From a virus (Duplodnaviria > Caudoviricetes): a stretch of DNA of 29,290 nt. The stretch spans positions 1-29,290 of IMG/VR virus record IMGVR_UViG_3300038393_000553. The stretch is one strand, 5' to 3'. Under the pieces are notes generated by a model that saw only the letters and a program-made list of their open reading frames with translations, did not search any database and was not told the origin of the DNA. The translations under genes and the position numbers were made by a program. Positions 1-9,300 of the stretch are shown in pieces (the stretch's first letter is position 1; each line of letters starts with the position of its first letter).

Positions 1-2520
1 AATAGCGGCAATGGACTTCATGTCTTCTGGACATTTGACCAGGATGTGCCAAGAGATCAGTGGCGTGTGGCTGCCGGTGTTTTCAAATCGATATGCGCCC
101 ACTATAAGCTCGGTCAGGACGACACCAGCCGCACCGCGGATATATCCAGCGTACTGCGCCCCATAGGTACCAACAACGACAAGACCGCGAAGGGTCTCGG
201 TGTCAAGCCTGTGAAGCTGATGGGTACTCCAAATCTAGTGCCGGTAAAGTTTAAGTCCTGGGTGGCCAAACTATCCCAGATCAAAAAAGATTTGGGACTG
301 ACCGTGGCGCCTCCTTCGAGAGCCCCTGTCTCTGGGATAAACGACGATCTCGGCGGGGGTTTGGAGTTTGAGCCGGCATCTGCCGAAATAATAGCCGACA
401 AGTGCAACCAGATACGCCTGTTCAGGGATAACAAGGGAGTAGGTCAATCTGAACCTCTGTGGCGCATATGCCTTGGAGCGATAAAGCACGCAGTAGACGG
501 GCCCCAGTTCGCGCATGAGTGGAGCAGCGGACATCCTGGGTACACACAACAAGACACTGAAGAGAAGCTTTCCAACTGGAACTCAGGACCTGCTACATGT
601 GAGTCGTTCAAGAGCATCAACCCGGCTGGGTGTGCTGGGTGTGAGTTCAGTGTCAAGGCACCCATACGCCTGGGAGCTATACAGCCGCCTGTGGTCAGCA
701 CAGTTACATATGTGTCAGATTCCGGGGAAGAAGCTGTAGAAGAGCTTGGCACACTCCCGGCTGTGTTCGAGGGTAAATTCCGCAAAGGGGTGAATGGGCT
801 GAGCGCGTATGAGAAGGACGAAAAAAACGATTTGGTTTGGGGTGTGATAACCAGCTCGATCCCTGAAGTTATAGACTACTACCGGGACGTTGAGTCTGGT
901 CAGTACCGGGCTGTCATTAGGGCGTACATCAAACCTGGGGTGTACAAGGAAGCTGAGATCGACGCCAAGGTATTTGGTCAGGGCGGGAGCGCTCTTCTGG
1001 GCGCCCTATGCGGCAGCCTGATGATTTCAATCAAGCCGGGAAAACTGAGGTCGTTGGAGAGATATATGCATATGTGGATTGAAGAAATAAAGCGCGTTCA
1101 AGCCGAGACGGCCATGTTCACGCATATGGGTTGGTACGACGACGGTTCTTTCTTGTACGGAGACAAGCAGTACCTACCGAGCGGAGAGATCAAGACTATC
1201 AAACTCAAGCCAACCCTGCGCAAGCTGGCGGACTCAATGGTTCCAACAGGCGATCTGGACAGATACAAGCAACTGGTGAACCGGGCTTACAACCACCCTA
1301 ACCACGAGGAATTCCAGTTCACGTACCTTGCTGGGTTTGCGTCCATCCTACTGCACATCATTCACCCGAAACCGATCGGTATCGTATTCAACGCTTGGTC
1401 CCGAAAGTCAGGTGCCGGCAAGAGTACAGCATCGAAACTCGCCGTGGGAATTTGGAGCAAGACAGACATCGTGGACGCTGATGGAACCACCCCTCTCGCG
1501 CTTACCATCACAGCCGGCATGCATAGAAACCTGCCTATGGTGTTGGATGAAGCGACCAACTGGAAGGGTGAGAAGATCGGTGAGTTCGCCTACAGGTATA
1601 GTAGTGGGATAGCGAAGATACAAGCCAAAGCTGATGGTGGTCTGCGTGACAACTCGGATATCAACTGGTGTAATTTCCTGCTCACCAGCGGTAACAAGCC
1701 TATGTCCGAAAATATGTCCATGGTGTACTCGAACGCAGCTCCGCAAATGGCCCGGGTGTGGCAGTACCGGTTCACTGAACACTACACATCCGCGATGTCG
1801 TCTGTGGAAGGCGCTGAGGTGTTCCAGGAGCTCATGGAGATCACAGGTGTGGCCGGCGAAGTGTTCCTGCCTTATGTGGTGCAGAACCGAGCTGCGCTGT
1901 TCGATGAGTTGAATCGGGTTGGTGCTGATCTCATGAGCGACGCTCACCTGGAGCGGGATGGTCGCAACTGGAAAATGGGAGCTGCATGTGTGTTGGTGGC
2001 CGGCAAGATCGCGCAACAACTTGGATTGCACAAGTTCGATATGGTAGCGCTGCGTGGATGGGTGATTGCCAGGTTGAGGGATTTGAAGTCAATCTCAAGC
2101 GAATCGGTACGTGATTTGAGTGACATGTTCAGCTCGATGGTTGCTGAGTTGCATGGCGGGTTTATTGTCACCTACACCATGGGCGACACCAGGGCGAAAC
2201 AGGTAGCGCACTACGTGACAAACTACGGGCCACCACATGGGGCTATTACAGGCCGGGTGTCAGTGAATACTGGGGAGATGTATATATCGACGAAAGCAGT
2301 CATAGATTGGTGCAAGAAGAACGACGTTAGCTACAGCGAGATGAAGGCTATTATCGAGTCGAAAGGCTGGCTCAAGGATGTAGCAATGGTACGGCTTGGG
2401 ACTGGAACCGACACGCAAACCCCGCCTACCAGGTGCTTGTGCCTGGCCACCAAAGCATTCGGCCATTTGAATCTTGTGAAGCCTAGCGAACCATTGAACA
2501 TGTTAGAGGAGGCTGTGTGA
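1..2520 (+). CDS. Primase-helicase (AEP primase + Cys-rich domain + DUF927/P-loop helicase), 5'-truncated by the window
   Basis: Frame 1 is open from base 1 and reads NSGNGLHVFW (AEP primase SGxGxH motif), so the GTG at 46 is not the true start. Cys cluster DKCNQI...TCESF...GCAGC; MGWYDDGSFLYG (DUF927-like); Walker A SGAGKST; Walker B MVLDE. Confidence 0.85.
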   Translation, partial: NSGNGLHVFWTFDQDVPRDQWRVAAGVFKSICAHYKLGQDDTSRTADISSVLRPIGTNNDKTAKGLGVKPVKLMGTPNLVPVKFKSWVAKLSQIKKDLGLTVAPPSRAPVSGINDDLGGGLEFEPASAEIIADKCNQIRLFRDNKGVGQSEPLWRICLGAIKHAVDGPQFAHEWSSGHPGYTQQDTEEKLSNWNSGPATCESFKSINPAGCAGCEFSVKAPIRLGAIQPPVVSTVTYVSDSGEEAVEELGTLPAVFEGKFRKGVNGLSAYEKDEKNDLVWGVITSSIPEVIDYYRDVESGQYRAVIRAYIKPGVYKEAEIDAKVFGQGGSALLGALCGSLMISIKPGKLRSLERYMHMWIEEIKRVQAETAMFTHMGWYDDGSFLYGDKQYLPSGEIKTIKLKPTLRKLADSMVPTGDLDRYKQLVNRAYNHPNHEEFQFTYLAGFASILLHIIHPKPIGIVFNAWSRKSGAGKSTASKLAVGIWSKTDIVDADGTTPLALTITAGMHRNLPMVLDEATNWKGEKIGEFAYRYSSGIAKIQAKADGGLRDNSDINWCNFLLTSGNKPMSENMSMVYSNAAPQMARVWQYRFTEHYTSAMSSVEGAEVFQELMEITGVAGEVFLPYVVQNRAALFDELNRVGADLMSDAHLERDGRNWKMGAACVLVAGKIAQQLGLHKFDMVALRGWVIARLRDLKSISSESVRDLSDMFSSMVAELHGGFIVTYTMGDTRAKQVAHYVTNYGPPHGAITGRVSVNTGEMYISTKAVIDWCKKNDVSYSEMKAIIESKGWLKDVAMVRLGTGTDTQTPPTRCLCLATKAFGHLNLVKPSEPLNMLEEAV

Positions 2521-2735
2521 AAAAGTGCTTGTGTGATCTTAGAACTAGGCTGGTTGGAGATGGCTGCGAGGTTTGTAACCCTGAGCTGGCTGAAGAGTTA
2601 CGGCTTGAAGCTGCAGAAGCTGCGTTCGAGGTCTGGGTATCCAAGTTTGATACTACCTCGAACCAATATCTGGACATGGGCGCGAATGAGTATTTTATCG
2701 CTGGGTATCTCGCTGCCTTGGAGGAGAGATTATGA
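2517..2735 (+). CDS. Small hypothetical phage protein with CxC...CxxC (possible Zn-binding) motif
   Basis: GTGA overlap with the primase stop; GAGGAGG Shine-Dalgarno; KCLCDLRTRLVGDGCEVCNP. Confidence 0.7.
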   Translation: MKKCLCDLRTRLVGDGCEVCNPELAEELRLEAAEAAFEVWVSKFDTTSNQYLDMGANEYFIAGYLAALEERL

Positions 2736-2911
2736 ACGACTTTAAAATTGGTGACCGCGTTGAAAAATGCTCAGGCGATTACCACCTAGAGGGTGTAGTT
2801 GTTGCTGTATTCCGTACCCTGGCTGGGAAAGATCGGTATGTGGTCGAACACACGCCACTTGCGCCAGGAATGCTGCACATCTACGGGCCGACGAATCTGA
2901 GGAGGCTGTAA
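2732..2911 (+). CDS. 59-aa DfrB/R67-like SH3-fold protein (not in the ORF track)
   Basis: Manual translation MNDFKIGDRVEKCSGDYHLEGVVVAVFRTLAGKDRYVVEHTPLAPGMLHIYGPTNLRRL. SD GGAGGAG, ATGA overlap upstream, TAATG overlap downstream. Aligns by eye to R67 DHFR (FxxGDRVxKxSG...YxVE...PGxxxIY...L). Confidence 0.75.
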   Translation: MNDFKIGDRVEKCSGDYHLEGVVVAVFRTLAGKDRYVVEHTPLAPGMLHIYGPTNLRRL

Positions 2912-3330
2912 TGACCAAACGCGAACACTTCGAACGCTGGCTGAAGACAAAAGCGTACAGGCTGCCCTTGGACTATACCAAGACAGCCGATGGGGGTTAC
3001 TACCATAACGACATGGTTGATATTGCGTACCAAGCATGGCTCGCAAGCCCTAAGACACGGCCAACGGAAAACGGAAGGGCAACTAAAGAGCGGCTTGCAG
3101 AGTTGAAGGCTGATACGTCTGGCATCGTTGACAATCTGCGAGGCATCTATGCAGGAGCGGCTGATGCGTATGCGGTAACGCCGTTGACTCTGAAGGCAGC
3201 GGATGAGATTGAACGGCTTCGTTTATTGGCAGGAGAATTCGCCGGCGAAGACAGAGACGAGCTAGTAAGAAGAACTATACACCGTCTTGCAGAGTACCTA
3301 AAGACAACAAATAAACCCGAAGACCTATAA
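2911..3330 (+). CDS. Hypothetical phage protein (139 aa, MTKREHFERWL...)
   Basis: GAGGAGG SD and a TAATG coupled start at 2911, which is better supported than the 2767 start in the track. Contains AADEIERLR and FERW...AW motifs typical of small phage early proteins. Confidence 0.7.
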   Translation: MTKREHFERWLKTKAYRLPLDYTKTADGGYYHNDMVDIAYQAWLASPKTRPTENGRATKERLAELKADTSGIVDNLRGIYAGAADAYAVTPLTLKAADEIERLRLLAGEFAGEDRDELVRRTIHRLAEYLKTTNKPEDL

Positions 3331-6300
3331 TCCCGCAGTCTCATGCACAAACCTTCTTGATCCTTTTTGAAACTGAACCCCTCCGGCAGTGTTGCGTTCG
3401 CGCTTCATCTGCTCGCGGGGGGCTCTGACAAGATCACTCATCGGCTGCTTGGCAAACCCGTTCTTGGCTTTTGACATCTGGACATCCTGCCACTCCTGGC
3501 GCATCTCAGCCATGGTGTCACCATCGCCTTCTTTCCAGGCTTTTACATAGCGGTGCTTGATCTCACCGGTTCGCTCTTTGTAGAAGTTTTCATAGTCGAT
3601 CTTGGCTCCCTGCACCAGTTGAGTCTTGGCAGCCGTTTGGGTCCGGATGCTCATTGAAGTCAGGAACGAATCCCACAGGCTTATTTCCTCTGGGCTTAGG
3701 GTCATGTCGTTGTTCTTGTTCGACATCCCCTCGGTAGCTTCCCGGTAGGCTTTCATTGCGTTGGCAAGACCGTTGGGCAGCATCTTCTCGAAGCCCTTGT
3801 AAATCTCTCCTTTCTGCATAAAACCAATGCCATCAGCTATACGAGGTGCAGTACCGCCAACAGCTGGGCCCAGCAGTCCAAGCATGGTCTCTGCATACCC
3901 TTTCTTGGAATCAAGTTTGATGTCGGTGAACGGTAGAATGCTCGTCATGTTGCCGGCGCCCAAGGTTCCGGATAAGTCCATACCAGCCATGGTTGGGGCG
4001 CCCTTGAGGAGTATGTCAGCAACCTCTTCATTGCCGATCGCACGTCGGGCTAGTAGCTCAAAGTCTTCCGGCTCTTCTTCATCCCCAAACGCAGCTGCAA
4101 GCCCCATGCCGACGAGACTCATGGCCGGCATACCCAAGGCTCCAGCCATAGCAAAATAATGTCCTAGCGTGTATGTAAGCGACGCACGGGCCGCTGCTTT
4201 TACTTCCTTTGAGTCTCCCTTGAAGGATTGGTGCGCCAGGCGGGACATGAGCGCAAGCTGGATAAGCTGGAACTTGCGGAATTGTACGAACAGCTTGGGA
4301 ACCTTGTTGAGCAGGCTAGGCGCGTTGAACGTGGAGTAGTTGCCGTGGGTTGTACGCACAACCTGTTTAGCCTCTTCGATACCCTTGGTACCGCCGCCAG
4401 CGAGCCGGTATGCAGCAAGGGCTGTGGATACACGGTTCATTACTTCAACCTGCTTGACCAGCGTTGTCATCTTGTGGACTGCATCAACGGCGCCCTGCCC
4501 CAACCCGCCCCGGGACTCCCAATAGCCCATGTCCATATTTATGCCGATATCCAAGATACCGAGCTCCAGGAGTTTCTTGAGGGCTACCTTTTCGTCGGCC
4601 TTGATAGGCATGGCATCGATGTCGAAGTTACCATCCAGGAACCCCTGAACCGCGGAATCCTTGCCGAACCCATCAGCCAGGTCTCTGTATGCTTGCGTGA
4701 GCGTAGATGCTGATTTCATATAGCCGTGCCTCCCTGCCATTACGGGCAAGGACATCATAAACGGCTGTGTCGCGTTCTGCAGGTAATATGCTGGCTTTGT
4801 CAGGAGCATCCACACAGAGTTGAGCATCAGGATTTTGTCCTGTACCGGTGTTGGCCTGTAGTCCATGCTGCCGGCATGACGGCGCAATATTTCGTTGAAG
4901 GCGTTGGTACGATCGGCTCTCCCTGAGCTGTTGTCAGTGGTGCCGTGCGCCTCGTTGCGCATCTCTGTCAGGGCATCCTGAACCTCTCCGGTATGCATCA
5001 ACGCAGCCATGAAGTGCGCGTCAGCCTTACCCTTGGAAGCGAATGCCCGAAGCATGTCATCCGATGCACCTTCAATATCCTTGCGTTTAAGATCGTGCTT
5101 GCGTGCAGCACTCTCGGCCAGGTTGGACAGGTACAAATCCTTCAAGAGCTGGTTGATCTGGGCAGTGGCTTTTTTACCCTCTTCGGAGTTGTCCTTGAAG
5201 TGCTCGTTCACCATCATCTTCAGGCGCCGCAGAGCTGACCACGGAGCTTCTGACATGCCCTTGGCGTAGGCTTGCTTGGTAGCGCCTACAGTGTTTGCGT
5301 AAGTGCCTTCCAGTTGCTTTGCAGCCCACTTGGCGGCGCCCAGGCTGTCATGGAATTCAACCCTGTAGTGCATGGGGCTGGTGCCTTCCTTGTTCAGCCA
5401 CTTGGTGTCTCCGTGCTTCTCAGCATCGATGCGTTCTTGGGACTTGGCCACCATGACGAAATCACCGAACCGTGACAGAGGAGCGTATGGGCCCTTGAAA
5501 GAGTTGAACTGGGTGTCGAACAGGTGCATCTCAGCCTTGCGCTTTTCCTGAATCTTGGCCTTGTCGGCCTCAGAAGCAAGCTTGAGTTCTTCGTCAAACC
5601 CCGCGTTGATTTCAGCCCTGACCGTGGCTGCCATGTTCTTGCGCGACTCGTATCCATGCTTGAAAATCTTGTCCGCAACCGCTTTGGATTGGGCTGAGAG
5701 AGCGTTATACGCAGCTTGGGCTGTCGGGTTGACTTCTACCTTGTCCAACCATGATGGCTGGTATCCCCACTTCTGGTCCCGGGTTGACTTCTTCAGGAAT
5801 TTGTTCAGGGCCTCCTTGTCCGGAACTTTGTATGCTTCGGTGGCGATCTTGTCGATTTCGATTTCGAGGCGGTTCTTGACGGCCTCCTTGCGGTCCATCG
5901 CATCGAAGAACTTCTTGGCTGACGGCAGGGTCTTGGCAACCATATCTGCCAGGTCATGGCCAAACGAAAGCCCCATCACACCACGCTGGATCAAATCCTT
6001 GATGTTGGTAGCAGCGATGAACGCAGGGCCCTGCAGTGAGGGCGGCAACTTGGATACGTTGCGTTCGATTATGCTGCTTGATTGATATGCGGTCTTGACT
6101 CGCACAGGGGTGACAGGCACAGCCTTGGCGCCGAACTTCTTCTTGACAGAATCCAGAACGAATCTAGTGGCTTGCTCCAGAGAGGAGTAGCCCATGCGGA
6201 TCGCCGCACCGACGAGTTTGGTCAGTACCCCGAGGAGGTCTTTATCCTGCTCAGGTGTTAGGTTTGCCCGTCCGACTTTGGTGAGTATGTCACCCAGGTC

Positions 6301-9300
6301 TGATAATGCATCTTTGAAATCTTGGGCAGCGTCGGTAATGCTTGGATTACTAGCGTCGAACTTGCCGTTGTTCCCGGTTGCCGACTTTACTTGAGAAGGG
6401 TTGAAAGCCACGTACTCATAAACGGACGTGTTCTCGCCACCTTTCTTGCCCTCGTGGTGAATTACACCATCGTATCCAGCGTCTTCCAGGTGTTGAGTAA
6501 CTTGCTCAGCGGAAAGGCTGGATATGTCCTTGCCTTTGAAAATGTCCGGGTGCTGCTTGTCAATAAGTGCGATTGGGTCATTCTCCATGATCGCATCGTC
6601 GTATACCTCCAGCGGGTTCTGGATAGACACATAAACAGGCAGAACCTGGCCACCGTCTCTATTGTGCTGCGACGCATAGATGTTGGCATGATCTTTAGAG
6701 CCAAGGTATATACCCGCTCCTAGAATCCCCTCACCACGTTGGAACGTATCGATATCAGAATGAGTCCCATGGTAAACCACCAAAGGCTTACCATCCTTGT
6801 CTACAACCTTAGAGTCATCGAACCACTTCTTGAAAGCCTCAGTAGCTGTCTGAAGTACAGACTTCTTCTCTTCAGGCTTTGCAACAGCACGCTTTTTCTT
6901 TATTGCGACGACAGGCGCTTTTGCCGGGCTGCTTCCACTCTCAGTGCTCGGTGTTCCGCCTTGCTGTACGCTGCGTGACCCTCCGGGTCTATCTTCTGAT
7001 ACTCCTCCTTTTCCTTCGGAGTCATCTTCGCGAACTGCAGTATTAGATGGTGCATTGGATATTTCTCTTTGTCGTCCATGTGTGGTTTCCTGTCGTCGGG
7101 CTATATCCCTCTGCTCTTTCTCGAACTCGCGGTAAGTGAAATCCCCGTTTTTATACATTGTATAGTATTCAACGAGCTCTGCCATCTCATCAAGAGTCAG
7201 CTCATCAAACTTAGGCGTGACGCCGTCCAGAACGTCAGGCATGTCATCCCAATCTTCCCTTACCTCGCTCGCGTAGGGCGAACGCGCAGCTTCGGCAATG
7301 GCCTTTTGCCGGTTAGATTCTGCTTCGGACTTTCGTTTTTCAAGGATAGCTGCCTCAATTTCTTGTTCCTTAGCGGTGGTAACGTCAGGGGTTTTGACAT
7401 CAGCTTGCTCCTTCATTATTTTGTCGGCTTCCCCTTGAAGCTTCTTTTGCTTAGGGGTCAGTGGTTCAATCGCTACTGATGCATTCGGGCTGTTGACAAT
7501 GCTCACACCAGAATCAGGGTCTTCAGATACATCCTCTATGGCAGCCGGCGCCGCACCCATTGCAGACACCCTATCAACGACGGTCTCGGTTATGCCCAAC
7601 CCTGCAAGCATCTTGTGGATGCGCTTGCGCTCGTTCTCGACTGCTGTCTCTGTCGTGGCTTTCTTCTGCCTGGCGAGCGAGGCGATCGCCGCTTCCTTGA
7701 ACGTCATGGTGGCCCCATCCCCAGTGCCTGTTATGTCCTGGATGATCTGGGACTTCTTGGGATCGGCCAGTGCCTTAGCATAATCCTTGGCGATGGTTTC
7801 CCTGGGCAGCTGAACCTGCTTGCCTTGCCGGGTTACTGTTACTAGATTGCTTTTCTTGGCAGGAGGTGCATTGCGCAGCTCGTCCAGAGTAACCTCTTTC
7901 TCATACGCTGGATTACCATCCTTATCAGTTTCCCCAATCTTGATAGTGATGTTGCCATTATTCGCATCGCTGAGAGCCTGGAGTGTTGAAATCTGTTGCG
8001 GTGTTAGTTTTTGTCCTTCAGCAGTGTGGAGGAACGCCGCGTATTTCTTCTCCACAATGTCATGGAAGAACGAAGCTCTTACTGCCCCGGTGCGCTTCAT
8101 GTACTGGGCGTAGTCACCTTCAGGGGTGACCGAGATGTGGTCTTGACCTGTCCCTATTATGGTGCCATCTGGCATTAGCCAGGGGGATGTGGCTTCGTCG
8201 CCTTTCTTAGCCACGCGATCCAGGGGCATCTCATACCCGCCGTTATCCTTTATTTCCTTAGTGAAATCTTGTCCTGACCCTATTCTTGGTGGATCACCTG
8301 GTTTCCGGGGTTTTTCCGCTGCAGGGGGCTGAACGCTCCCTGTACTGGTTGGCTGAACCCCGACGTTAGCGGACCTTCCCACTGGTTGGCCTTGACTGCC
8401 AAGTACTGCCGGTGCTGCAACTGGGCTTGCTTTTGCTGCTGGTTGAACCACACTTGGTTTCGGCTTTGCACTCTCTTTCTCCTTGTTTTGTATTTCCTGC
8501 ACCCTTGCAACCGACGGATGCTCTTGGCCGGTTAGGCGTTTATACACGTCCTGCAGCAATTCGACTTCGGGTGATACCTTGCCAGTAGGCCCAACTTTTA
8601 AATCGATCTGGGCGCCTATGCGTGAGGCTGCATCCTGCAAATCAGGAGCTGCTCCAATTAATTTAGCTGCGCTGCTGGTGATGTTGGCGAAGGTCAGTGG
8701 CTTCTTCTCACCATTGGCTATCGCCGTTTTGTTCATGTTGTTGAATGCGTCTACATACGCTGACTCCACCTGCTTGCGCAAGGGTGGTTTTTGGTCTTCA
8801 GCTTCCTGCAGCTTGGCTATCTGTTTGTCCAGAGCTCCGTCAGGATCGTCATTGTGGTAGGGCTTGCCGTTGAACAACGACATGTTGGTGCCAGCGATCG
8901 GTACGACACCTCCTACCTTCGAGATAATCGCATCACGTTTGGCCTTGGCCTCCTGGGCTTGAGCCTCTTGTTCCTGTTCTGCTTGCTGTTGCTCGATGAG
9001 AGGATTACCGGCGGGAGGCGCCGGCATGTCCTGTTGGGCTGCGGGGGGAGGTGTGGCTACCGCTGCTTGGGCGACTTCTGCAGCTTGATCTGGTTCTTCA
9101 GTTTGGTCTTGTTGATTAGTTTGTTCAGGCTGCCTTGCACGGCTACGGCTAATCGCACCCATAGCGCCACCGAGTGTTCCCCCAGCGAGGGTGCCTTCAA
9201 TACCAGCTCGCATCATGCCTTCAGTGAGAGGCTTCGCTTCAGCTAAGTTCTTGGCACCCTGCTCCACCAGAGACTGTGGCAGCTCTTCCAGCAAACCTTC

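Noticed and set aside
46-48. GTG start for the primase
   Set aside because: The frame is open upstream and contains the SGNGLH primase motif, so the gene starts before the window.
2767-2910. N-terminal 48 codons of the 187-aa track ORF
   Set aside because: They overlap the DfrB-like ORF in another frame; the SD and TAATG coupling support a start at 2911.
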